From assembly GCA_030324005.1 (NCBI GenBank), contig JARDVH010000194.1, forward strand, positions 5,775,937 to 5,839,936: a DNA stretch of 64,000 nucleotides. Reading direction: 5' to 3'. The DNA is from Negaprion brevirostris (lineage: Eukaryota). The notes beneath the pieces were generated by a model, which did not search any database, had not been told where the DNA came from, and was given only the letters and a program-made list of their open reading frames with translations. Made by a program: the position numbers and the translations under genes. The stretch's first letter is position 1, and the number at the start of each line of letters is the position of its first letter. Positions 11,986 through 23,957 of this stretch are shown here, piece by piece.

Positions 11986-14159
11986 TGAATGACAGCTGGA
12001 TGCCTGAATATATTGAATGAGGAATCAGTGAATTGATTGATGAATGCATTGATAGATGGTACTGAAAGATGTTGTTCTACATTCCCATATTTCTGCTTGA
12101 CTACTTCATATATTGAATCAGCTCCTTTATTCCACGTTGCAGTCAGCCTAATATATTCAATCCTTCCAGAGTTTCTGGGTGAAATCCATCCTGAGTTTAT
12201 CAGGAGTTAGCAAACTGATCCTCACAACGAGGGAGGCGAGATTTTCCTGTGGCTCGGATGGTTCATTTCTCTGCTGATGCTGAATTTTCATATCCAAGAT
12301 AAAAAGAAGGAAGATGATTGGACTGAGGAGGGAGAATTGTAATATTTGAAACATCTGGCTCTTTCATACGCAACAAATTACTCAACATGCCCTCACCCAA
12401 ATTAGTGAAGGGATCAGACTGCAAAGTAAATAATGTGGCAACAGAAAGGTTGTGAGACTCACTGGAAAACTACAAGTGTTACATTACTTCCCAAAACTGT
12501 GCAATAATGAATAGGGATTTAAAGATTCAGTAACTTCACATGAGGTATGGGTGGTCACATTTGTATCATCACTTTGAAAATCATCACACACTCCAGCTAT
12601 CCGGACTTTCTGTGTGATGATGAGGTGATTACTTGTCAATGAAGCGCAGAGGCTGCTGGGTAGCTGTTCATTACCCTCGGTCTAAATTAATTCCATTCCC
12701 CACTGAATTCTGGGACAAGTTTTATTCCTTGGTGACAAAAAAGCCAATAAAATGTCAGTAAATGTTAATATCAATAAATTATACGAAGCAAAGTTCAGTT
12801 ACCTATTGTATAGAATTAAACATTTAAAACAAACAGAAAATCTCAGCAGGCCTGACAGCATCTGTGGAGACAGATTAGAGCCAACATTTCGAATCTGGAG
12901 AATGCTTCGGAAGAGTATTGCTGATGCGTTGGAGAGATCATCATTGTTTCTAACAAGGTGTCAGAGAAGCTGAATAACTTTCCTATGAGAAAGGAATCGT
13001 TAAAATAGCTGCTGTTTAATTCTATACACTATTTCGAGACACACACAATTTGTGTCAATTCATATACGATCCCAAATATCATAATCAACTTCTACATCCT
13101 AACTAATCTAATCAAAGCCTCAATCACTAACAGTATCCGAAAAAAAATCTTCCTAATCCCTATCCAGCCTCATCATTTCCCAATTTCATCACCCTCTTCA
13201 ATTCCCTCTAAATGATAATGGGTCATCCTGACTCGAAACGTTGGCTCTATTCTGTCTCATGATATGAAGATGCTATTAAATAAAATTTACGATCAAATAA
13301 ATTGGTTGGACTCAAATCTCATGTTGTCAGACTTCTTACTCTATTCTCTCTCCACAGGTGCTCTCACAGCTGTTGAGATTTTACACATTTACAGTTTTGT
13401 TTGGTTCAGTTTCCAGAATCCGCAGTATTTCCTTCAACAAAGTGCTGAATATAATTGATGAAGTCATTGTTTATCTTTATGGATTGATGATAATTGGTGA
13501 ATTGGAACAGTCTCGCCTGGAAATTCCCCTCCAAGACACTAATAAACCTCTTTTGGACATATATTGGACATATATTACCGTTTTTTTTTAATGTCGCTGG
13601 GTCGGAATGCAGGAGCACCCTCCCTAACAGCACTGTGGATATAACTACACTGCAGGTTTTGCAGCAGTTCATGAAGGGCGCTCACCCCCAGCTTACCGAA
13701 TGCAATTAGCAATGGGGAATAAATGGTGCCCTCAGCAGCATCGCCCACCTTTTATAAATCAATTTCAGATACACTAATCCTTATGAATGAATGGGAAATG
13801 GCGAATGAAATTATTAAATTGCGAATGGGTGACAGTTATGCAGTCATTTTAAAAATGATTCCAGTTATTTTACCAGAGATTTATGTGTGGTGATGAGGTG
13901 ATTACTTGTCAATAAAGCACAAAGGCTGCTGGGTAGCTGCTCCTGATCCTCGGTCTGACTTCATTCAATTTCCCGCTGAATTCTGGGACAGATTTGATTC
14001 TTTGGTGACAGAAAGGCCAAAGTGATTTGAATAAATTCGAATCTCAATAAGCTACATTAAATAGCCTGCAATTATATGCACACCAAATAAAATGCTGAAA
14101 ATAATATGTGAAATACTTATTTATTTTTTGTGATTTGGAGATTATTAGTAATATTAGCG

Positions 14160-14875
14160 CCAGGCAATGACCATCTCCAAAAACAGAGAATCTATCCATT
14201 GCTCCTTGTCATTCAATGATATTACAATACTGAATCACCCACTATAAACATCGTTAGGGTTACTATTGACTAATTGCTGAATTAACTCGGCATATAAAAG
14301 CTCGGATGGAATATCGGGTCAGCTTGCTGTGAGTAACCCACCTCCTGACTCCCCAAACCTGTCCACTGTCTACAAGCCACAACTCAGGATGAAAGAGGGT
14401 TCTTTCCACTTGCTTGAATAAGTGCAGCTCAAACAACATTCAAGAAGTTTTAATGTATTTAGGACAGAGCAGCCGGCTTGACTGGCATAGCATTGCCAAA
14501 TGCTCACTCTCTCCACCACCGACAAACAACAGCAGTATTGTATACCTTATTCAAGTTTCACTTCAGAAACTGACCAAGACTCCTCGGCAAAACCTTCCAC
14601 ATACACGCCTATTACCATTTGGAAGGATGGGGTAGAGGTTACCTGGGAATATCACCCGTAAATTCCACTCCAAGTCAGTCATATACCTGACTTGGAAAAA
14701 TATTGCCCTTCCTTCACTGTGGCTTGAATGAAATGCAAGAACACCCTCTGTAACAGCGTGGCGTGAGGACATACACCAGAGATTTCGCAGCAATTCTCAT
14801 CACCATCTTACTAAGGGCAATTACTGAGAGGCAGCAAATGCTGACCTAGCCAGCAACGACCGCATCCCTTAAATT
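14160..14875 (+). mobile_element. Degenerate LINE 3' fragment
   Basis: CAGGCAATGACCATCTCCAA...TCTACAAG.CACAA.TCAGGA...CCACTTGCTTGAAT blocks, ending in the same tail family as 2510-2870. Confidence 0.6.
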
Positions 14876-15219
14876 AAAACTTACATGTATTAATATTTAT
14901 GAATGGTTGATAACTGGTGAACAAAATTGTGCAACGTTATGAATGGATGGCAATTGGTGAAAATAAATACCAACTTTATGAACATTTATGATCTTCTGCT
15001 TCTTGATGGAAGATAGGATGGGCTCCCCAGGAGATCTGCGATTCAAAAGCACAACACTACCAGGAAAGAAAAAAAGAAGCCGCCAGAGGACACTGCAACA
15101 ACCACAGATATGTGTACATCATTGCCAGAGACACATCTGAAAACATTCATCTGTTTGTAGATCCGGATTATCCTGAAGCTCAACGTTGTGTTCATAATGA
15201 AAGATGGACCCTGGAAAAA

Positions 15220-15370
15220 AAATCTGCTCCATATGCCCTATGTGCTTATCTTTACCTTCGTCAATCTCATCAAGACATTCAACACCGGTAGCAGACCAGG
15301 GATACCATACTTGGGGGAAAAAAAGTAACCCTCCATCAAAGCTCCTCAGTCTCATTCATGGCACAGAAAA
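15220..15370 (+). mobile_element. Relic RTE-like reverse transcriptase fragment
   Basis: From 15257 it translates FVNLIKTFNTGSR, a decayed version of the FVDLTKAFDTVSR RT motif. Confidence 0.5.
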
Positions 15371-15879
15371 CGACAACTTATGACTACAATTGGTAGCTTC
15401 ATGGGCAGCAGTTGTAACAGAGTCAACATCTCAAAAGTTGTTCTCAGTCATCAGCAAAGGTGACATATGAATTCGAAAGAAAAAGTCCCAATTTGTCTAA
15501 TTTCTCCTCACAACTTAAACCCTGAAGACAAGGTATAATTCTTATGAACCTGCGTTCAACTCCTTCTAGAGCTAAAATGTTTCCAAAGGTGTGAAAGTTT
15601 CTATTTTAGAACACCTCCGAACGAAAAAAAATTTGCTTTAATTGTCCCTCTTTTCTATTAGTGATAATCCTCAGTCCATCTTCCCTTCAATCAATTTAAG
15701 TAAACCCCAAATATGATCATTTTCTTGATTCATTAAAATGGGAATGGAGGTGAATGTAATGCTGAGACCAGCAGCAATCTGTCTGACTGTTCTTGATGCT
15801 TTCAGAGTGAGTTCACCCTCACAGGCAGGAAAACTGTTCATGGTGATAACATCAAACTGACCCCGGTTGTTTCATTCTC

Positions 15880-16045
15880 AGGTAACACAACTTCCTGTTT
15901 CTTGCTGCCGGTTCCAAACCGCACATTTCACTTCTGAGCAGAAAATAAATTCAGGGACCACAATCTGGTGAGAACATCTGTCAATGCGGCTTATATCTGT
16001 CCACAGAGTCAGGGCAGAGTCACACAGATCACATTGCGGTGACAT
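15880..16045. promoter_or_regulatory. Candidate ETS/RUNX/E-box regulatory module
   Basis: ACTTCCTGT 15890-15898, AAACCGCA 15916-15923, CATCTG 15975-15980 and TGCGGT 16035-16040. All are retained in the duplicate at 55716-55880. Confidence 0.3.
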
Positions 16046-16682
16046 TGACAAATGAGTCTGTTGTGATCTGTTCAGAGTTTCCATTCCCGGATATAACTGG
16101 ATTGTCAGTGGATCAGTTACTGACTCCACCGGGTTCCGTGAAGGAGGGGAATGATAGCTGTGATCTTTCATTTTTTTATCATTTTCTCTTCATCTACTAT
16201 TTATTTTTTGTTCCTCAGCTTTCATCTGTCAGCACCCCATTTTTCTTTCTCCTAACTCTCTCGGTGCCGCTCTCTACTCCTTGTCAGTCTTTTGAACACT
16301 TTTATTAGAATTCAAAATCATGAAGCTGTGAGTGGCTAAATTAAAGAGGGAATATTTCAATTGGGAGGACGGTCAGCAACCCGTGGGCACAGATTTATTT
16401 TACTGAGCGGAGAGACAGAAATGGGATTGTTTACTTTTACACAAGAGTTGTTATGAACTAGAATTAACAGCTTGAAAGGCTGATCGAAACTGATTTCACA
16501 GTAACTTTGGAAAATAAATTATACCCTTCATGAGGTTAGAATTTGAGAATGGGACCATTTTGATGGTTCGTCTATATAACTGCCCTAGCATTCGCTTTGT
16601 GCCTCCCCCTATCCTTCATTAAGACTGACTAAAATACAATCTTTTTACTGCTGCCGTCTTGTGCTAATATCTTTTGATAACA

Positions 16683-16684
<2 letters not shown>

Positions 16685-16712
<28 letters not shown>
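16685..16712. repeat. (TG)n microsatellite
   Basis: Pure TG run. The homologous run at 56555-56597 is longer. Confidence 0.9.
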
Positions 16713-16716
<4 letters not shown>

Positions 16717-18919
16717 TGCCAGGAACCATTCCGAAATTCAACTCTATTTACAAGCCATCACTTTGAACAAATGAGCATTGGATCGAACGTGCCTGGGAAA
16801 AACACAGTTACCCTTAACATTTATTGCACTAATTTTTCATCCGATGAAGTGTTTCGTATTAAGTCCTAATTCTGTTTTTAAATGTGGAACTGCCTGCAAG
16901 AATGAGAAGGAACAGATTGTTTATCTGTTCCTCTGATAGATTCACCATTGTATCTCAGATAACAGCACTTTATGGAGTCCGCCATGATTGACCCACCGCC
17001 CCCCACCCGGGAATAACAGCTCTTAGTTGGGTCGAGTCAGTCACCCCTGCGATTGCCACAGGGTTTCCAATCCGTGTTTGTCACACAAATCCCTGCGTCA
17101 CCCGTCTTGACAAAGAAACATGCGCCAAGATCCCAGAAATGAGTGCTTCCTTATATCAGGTCCCAGTCTGACTCTGGGCCGGGCTGTATCTTTTAGTTAT
17201 ACATTGGAGCCAATCATTCAAATTGTAAAGTTCTAATTCTCTGTGATTATTTTTGGAAACAGTTACTCAATCAGTTGTGAATTAGAGACTATCTGATTTT
17301 GCTTCGTTTGACACCTGCTGGTTATTATTGGTCAAATTACCATGGCCAATCCACATACTCTAAGGGAAAACAACGGGCAATTTCGGATGGCCAATCCAAC
17401 GAATGCGATCTCTTATAAACGAGAGACTCGTCTTGAGCAGTAATTCAGAAACAGAGCCGAATGCACCAGATATCGATACAGCACCTGTACTAATATGAAT
17501 GTAGACTGGGTTCAGTTCAGTCATCACTGACAGAGTGTATACAGTACATCACCAACTAGCGTGGTGTTTTCTCATATAATCAGACTCCGGCCATACTCAG
17601 TTTTGTCAAAGACAAGATCTATTCGAATATAAGCAGAAATAATAAGAGCTGTAATTTAAGCTGAGACTGGTTCCAGCGTATCAGCGCTATCAGAAAATAG
17701 GGACATGATCTCGTGTGATATAAACAGAGATATGGCCAGGTGGAATAAAAAGTGAGGCAATGCAGAGTAAAGCAATAATTGAGAAAGGACAATGTGTAAA
17801 ATGAACAGAGGTATGCTTTGGCGCATTAATAAAGGAGAGAGCAGCCAGCGCCATAAAACTGTCACCAAGTGTAACGTTGTCTGATTCTGGCCATTGTATC
17901 ATATAAATTGAGACAAAACCGATACAGTAATTTCAAACCAAGCCTTTAGACTGATGTAAGCTTTGACAGGGGCAATTGCAGCAATACATAAATTATGAAA
18001 CAGAATAATAATTAGAGACAGGATATTATTCGGTATAAACAGGGAGGCGGATTAGTGCAGCAGTGATTGAGATGTTATCAAAAGTTTCTTTACAGGTGGC
18101 AGGTTCTAGCAATGTAATAATGTGACAGAGCCTCGTGTAATGCAACCAGTAACATGTCCTGGAGCATTATCAGGAGAGAGTCCAGTGAAGTAACAGCGGA
18201 GATATGGAGTTTCATGACATTAGATGAGAATTAATTCCGTGCTGTCATAACTGCCAGAGTGAACGGTGTAATGTCAAACGAGGCTTGGTGCAGTGCAGCA
18301 ACAACTGGGATTTTGCTAAGTACAGAATCAACTGAGAATTATCATATAATCTGAAAAATGATTTCGTGTCATATAAACTGGGTCACGTTTAGGATGGACA
18401 AAGGCTGAGTCTATTCCAGAAATAACTGAGACGATCATCTATACCGTGTCCTGCCCAAAAAAACACTTTCACTGCCATCTCCTGGACTAGCTTTGCTATT
18501 GCAGGTGTTGTGAAATGCTGATTTCAGTTGCAATTTCTCATTCTTTCATGGGCTGTATATCCAGCTGGTAAGGCCAGCACACACTGGCAATCGCTAATAC
18601 ATTGAATTTTCCGGTTTTCCAGGCCATCATAGAAGGAACGTAATCGCCAAGCACGTGTGCGCGTGGAGTCAACTCTGGGCCAAACTGGGGAATGATAGAA
18701 GTTTTCCTTTCCTGCAGGGAATTAGAGAATCTGATACATTTCTCGTCATGGCCGCAATTAGGGGAACGAGTTTTACATTCAAAATTGTAATTGTATTTTA
18801 AAACCTTTAGTAGTTGGATTCGAATATATATCTTGAGAAATTTGCCCATCCTAGGAATTACTCTCACAGAGATATTACCATATGCCACTGTCTCCCTTTC
18901 AACATTGATAAAGTACTTA

Positions 18920-21240
18920 CAGCAGAGAAGAAGGTCATTTTGAAGCGTCATGTATGTGTTGGCCCTCTAAAGGAGCAATTCATCCAATAACACTCTGTCC
19001 CCCATAGTCCAGCATTTTGTTCATTTTGAGACAATCATCCAATCCCATTTTGAAACCATTAATTGGCGCTGCCTGCACCACACTCTCAAACAGCACATTC
19101 CAGATTTGGATCACTCACTGTCTGAAAATGTTTTTCCTGATGTCTCCATGTTTCTTCCACCAACTTACTTCAACCCGCGCCCTCTGTGTCAAGATCCTTC
19201 TACCATTGACCAGTTTCTCTCTATCTAATCTATCAAGACCCCTCAGGATATTGAATGCCTCATTAAAGTCACATCAGCAACTTCCTGTCAAGGAAATTAG
19301 TCCGAACCTCTCCAAAATATTTTCGTCACTGAAGTTTCTGATCTCTGGAAATATTCTCGTGTTTTAGGTTACACCCAGTCTATTGACTTTACATTCTGCC
19401 TGAGTTCGGTGCCCAAAATTGGACCGAATTTTTCCGTTGACGATTTTCAAAGTGTTTTCTACAAATTTAGCATAACTTTCTTGCTTCTGTATTCTTTTCC
19501 CCAATAGACAAAAACTATGCACTTTTTTTTTGTTTGCAGCTGTCTCAACCTGTCTTGCATCATGAATGATTTATACACAGATTCATTCAAGTCCCTGGAC
19601 GTCTATATTCACTTTCATAGAGTTTTCATCATTTCCGTTTTTCTCTTCACATTCTGCTGAACAAAACTGATCATGTAACTTTTCTCTGCAATAAATTAAA
19701 TATGCAAATTACTCGCCATTCAACCAATTAGTTCTTTTTGCCCTGTCACCATTTACCTTAAATCAGCATCCTCTGCTTTCCAACCTGTCCCTCAATGTGC
19801 CGAATATCTCCAAGTTGATCCCCCAATTTCCCTCAAATCATTTATTTACGTATGACAAAAAGCAAAGGTCGCAGAACTGATCCCTGAGTCAAAGTACAAC
19901 ATTCAGAAACACTCTTGCACAGCTACACTCTGTTTTCTGTGACCGAGCCAGTTCTCCATCCACCTTGCCGGCTCACCTCTGACCTCTTTCAGTGAGGATA
20001 CAAAGAATTCTCTCAAGGCCCCAGCAATTTCCTCCTGGCCTCGCTCAGTTTTCTGTGCTATATCACATCAGGCTCTGGGTGACTTGTCGACCTTAATGTT
20101 TCTCAAGGAGCACAACATCTCCTCCTTTTTGATCTCAACATGACACAAACTATCTACATATCCTTTCCCGTACTCATCATGCACTAAGTCCTTTCCTTTA
20201 GTGAATAATGATGTAAATATTTAATACCTCGCCCATTTCCCTGGCTCCACGCATAGATTCCCTCACCTTTCCTCGAGTGTGCCAAACCTTTCCCTGGCTA
20301 ACATCTTGCCCTTTATATATGTTTAAAACGCCTTGGGGTTTTCCTCCATTCTGCGGCCAAAGAATTTTTGTGACCCCTTTTTAGCTCTCCTTACTCATTG
20401 CTTAAGTTTATTTTTACTTTCCTCGTATTCCATATTTACTTTGTGTCTTCCTAGTCTAAACAAGTTCTTCCTCTTTCTTCTTGGACTAGGCTCAAAATAG
20501 CTCTCGTTACACAATGTTCCCAAAATTTCTTTCATCTATCCTTCATTATTACAGGTTTATGCTAGTCCTGAATTCCTACCAACTTACACTTGAAAGCCTC
20601 CCACGTGGTAGATGTTGATTTGCTCTCAAACATCTGCCCCCAATCTACATTCTTCAGTTCCCGCTTAACATTTTTTAAATTAGCTTTCCCCTAATTTAGG
20701 ATCTTCACTTGAGGACTACACTTATATTTATCCGTCTGTGCCTTAAAGCTTACTGAGTAGTGGTCGCTGGCCCTGATCTGCACCCTTCTGAAATGTCGAT
20801 CAGGCTAATTCCCCAATACCGTGTCCAGTACAGTCTCTTCTGTAGTTGGACGATCGAGATAATGTTTCAAGAAGCCCCCCCAGATGTTCCTTCCAAACTC
20901 TGCCCCATCCACGCACTGAGCACGAAATGGGTCCCAGCCAATTTCGGGGAAGTTAAATCTCCCACCACAACAACTCTATTAACCTTGCCAAAATCTCCTT
21001 CATATCTCTCCTGCTGGTTGTGGGGAGACCAATATAAAAACACAAATATTGTGACTGCACCATTCCTATTCCTGAGATCTACCCATATTGCCTTGTTGTA
21101 CGAGCCTTCCGAAGTACAGTAGGTACAGCCCTCCTGCAGTACTGTTGTGATATTCTCCTTACCTTCCCCTCCCCTTTTGCAACCCCCTCTGTCCTGCTGA
21201 AACATCTGTATCCTTGTACGTTAAGAGGTCATTCCTCTTC
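18920..21240 (-). mobile_element. Degenerate CR1-type LINE fragments
   Basis: The minus-strand ORF 20867-21205 has endonuclease-like text (AIWVDLRN...VVVVGDL). Linker, RT and 3' remnants continue leftward. Confidence 0.7.
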
Positions 21241-21259
21241 TTTCCTTAACGAAGTCTCA

Positions 21260-22240
21260 GGTACTCTGGCAGGATAGATCAGGGAGCTTGTCTACAGAGG
21301 CCCTATGGGTGGAGCTGAGAAACAGGAAAGGTATGGCCACATTAATGGGGTTGTATTATAGACCACCTAATATTCAGAGAGAATTGGAGGAGCAGAGAGA
21401 TAGCTGATAACGGCAAGAAACACAAAGTTGTGATAGTAGGGGATTTTAATTTTCCACATATAGATTGGGACTCACATACTGTAAAAGGTTTAGACTAGAT
21501 AAAGTTTGTAAAATGTGTTCAGGAGAATTTTCTACATCAGTATACAGAGGTGCTAACTAGAGAGGATGAGATATTGGACCTCCTGTAGGGAAATGAGTTA
21601 GGGCAGGTGATGGATGTGAGTGTGAGGGAACACTTTGGATCCAGTGATCATAAAGCCATTAGTTTCAACCTGATCATGGATAAGGAAAGATCTGGTCCTT
21701 GGGTTGAAGTTCTGAACTGGAAGAAGGCCAAATTCGATGAAATGAGAAGGGATCTGGGAAGTGTGGATTGGCACAGGCTGTTCTCCGGTAAGGATGAAAA
21801 TGGAAAGTGGGAGGCCTTCAAAGGAGGAATTTTGAGAGTGCAGCATTTGTATGTTCCTGTCAGGATTAACGGCAAAGTAGATAAGGATAGGAAACTTTGG
21901 TTCTCGAGGGAGATTGTAACGCTGGTTAAGAGGAAGAGAGAGTTGAATGAAATGTACAGGCAGCAAGGAAAAGATCAGATGCTCGCGGAGTATAAAAAGT
22001 GCAAGAGGCCACTTAAGAGGGAAATCAGGAAGGCCAGAAGAAGACATGAGGTTGCTTTAGCAGACAGAGTGAGGGAAAATCCAAAGAGTTTCCATTGGTA
22101 TGTTAGGAGTAAAAGGATAGTGAGGGATAAAATTGGTCCTCTTGAAGACCAGAGTGGTAGACTGTGTATAGAACCAAAAGAGATGGGGGAGATACTAAAT
22201 GGTTTTTTTTTTGCATCCGTATTTACTGAGGAAACGGGCA
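21260..22240 (+). mobile_element. CR1-type LINE ORF2 fragment (endonuclease C-terminus plus linker), truncated at the gap
   Basis: ORF 21607 contains EHFGSSDH, LNWKKAKF and NPKSFHWYVRSKR...IGPL...EILNGFFFASVFTEE, typical of CR1 ORF2. Confidence 0.88.
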
Positions 22241-22340
22241 NNNNNNNNNNNNNNNNNNNNNNNNNNNNNNNNNNNNNNNNNNNNNNNNNNNNNNNNNNNN
22301 NNNNNNNNNNNNNNNNNNNNNNNNNNNNNNNNNNNNNNNN

Positions 22341-22495
22341 AAACCAGCTCCCGGACTGTTGGATTCCGGTCCCAGTGAGCGGTATTTAAATACCCAGCAG
22401 AAGGGGGCGGCTTTCCAGGCGCCGCCTGTTGATTCCCTGCTGGAGGTGGCGCCTGGATCCACGTCCCACCTTCCACACCCCCAACAGAATGGACA
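22341..22495 (-). promoter_or_regulatory. Second VH promoter abutting an assembly gap
   Basis: Near-identical to 8934-9085 including GGTATTTAAATACC. The leader ATG would lie about 47 bp into the gap. Confidence 0.8.
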
Positions 22496-23655
22496 CCGAA
22501 GTTTACAATAGGTTAATATTAAAATGGATATTTTATCTGTATCGAGATATTTGTTTGGCTAAAATGTTCATTGTATTGTCCCCATTATTTCTAGTGATGA
22601 TATTGTATTTATTTAAATAACTAATCCCATTGTAAATATGGTGATTTTGTTACCACACCCCCAACAAGAAAATAAATCTAAAAATGATGAAATAACATTT
22701 TGGAGCATTAGACAATTTTGCAACAATTCCGTGTCTCTGCCACTTTATAATAATAAAGCACGATTTGTCAGAAGAAATGCCATCGATTTCCGTAACTAAA
22801 TGTGTAGAATATACAAAGTGATTCTATTTGCAGTGTGGATGGCTATCACTGTACAATTTGGATTTGGAGATGAGAATAAACTCTCACACAATACAATGTT
22901 TCTCCTTATATTTTCAAACTGCCGCAATCTCGAAGACAGACCTTTGAAAAGAATAAGAATCCCAACCTCCTGATAATTAAATAGTGAGTTGACAGAGAAA
23001 CATAAAATTAAATTGATTTTTGACGCAGAAGTTAATGAATCGGAACGGACATGGAGATCATTAAAGTTCTCCGTCCGTATCCAGTTCATTGCAGCTCATT
23101 CTAACGGCCACCGGCTGTCTAACATTTGCTGGTATTGGGAACACACATGGTACATTGCACAGTATCACAAGAATAAATGTTTTATCTTTCATTGAATCAG
23201 GTTATGAACTAATCATTTCTCCACCCATTGGCAGCTATGAGAGGAACAGTTCAATAACAGAAATCAGATTATACTGTACAATAGAGCACAGTGCGAATCT
23301 GGTACAAGAGACGCTGCTGTTTCAATAGGGCGCAGAACTTTCAGAATATTGCAGGAATCCCCGTTGTTCATATCAGTTTTATGATGTTGTTTTAATATTA
23401 TTTCATGCCATTGCATTGATTTCACTTCACTGGGGAATTGGTCCCATCAACATCACTCTCTCACGTTTCATGAAGTGATTAATAAACATTAATTATTGGA
23501 ATAAAATTTACTTGGAAACTATACGAATGAAAAAAAATGGTCACTTTATTGTTTTGTGATATTATTTACTCACGTAATGAACTGGACATTGAATGAAAAT
23601 ATTTGATTAGAATGATTACGATTTAAAATGTGTCTTTCTTGAGGGAATGAAACAT

Positions 23656-23957
23656 TTATTGTTTAAATGGCTGAATCCCATATTTTCCATTCACATTCAC
23701 GCTAATCTGTCCCACACAGTATTTGGCAGCAATCCAGGCTGCTGTCAAATGCTCGAAGTTATTGACAGGAAGCATCTGGCGGTGTTCGTGCAGTAGATCA
23801 AAGATCTGTTTCCTCAGTACTGACCACTTGGCTGCAAGCCAACTTAAAACCCTTCATGTTGTCAATGCGGACTATTTATTTACAAATCTACCCAGCAACA
23901 GTATTGGAGGCACTTTAATTTTTAAAGGTTGTCAATCTGGATGATTTTTTCCCATCT
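23656..23957 (-). pseudogene. Candidate relic terminal exon of an unidentified gene, copy 2
   Basis: TTTCCTTTCTTTAG acceptor, then 100 codons with three internal stops (…PPILLLGRFVNK*…SWLAAKWSVLRKQIFDLLHEHRQMLPVNNFEHLTAAWIAAKYCVGQISVNVNGKYGIQPFKQ*), and AATAAA downstream. Confidence 0.4.

Noticed and set aside
15759-15812. Leader-like mini exon MLRPAAICLTVLDAFR|GTGAGT
   Set aside because: The donor is phase 0, the hydrophobic core contains a charged residue, and no V exon or RSS follows.
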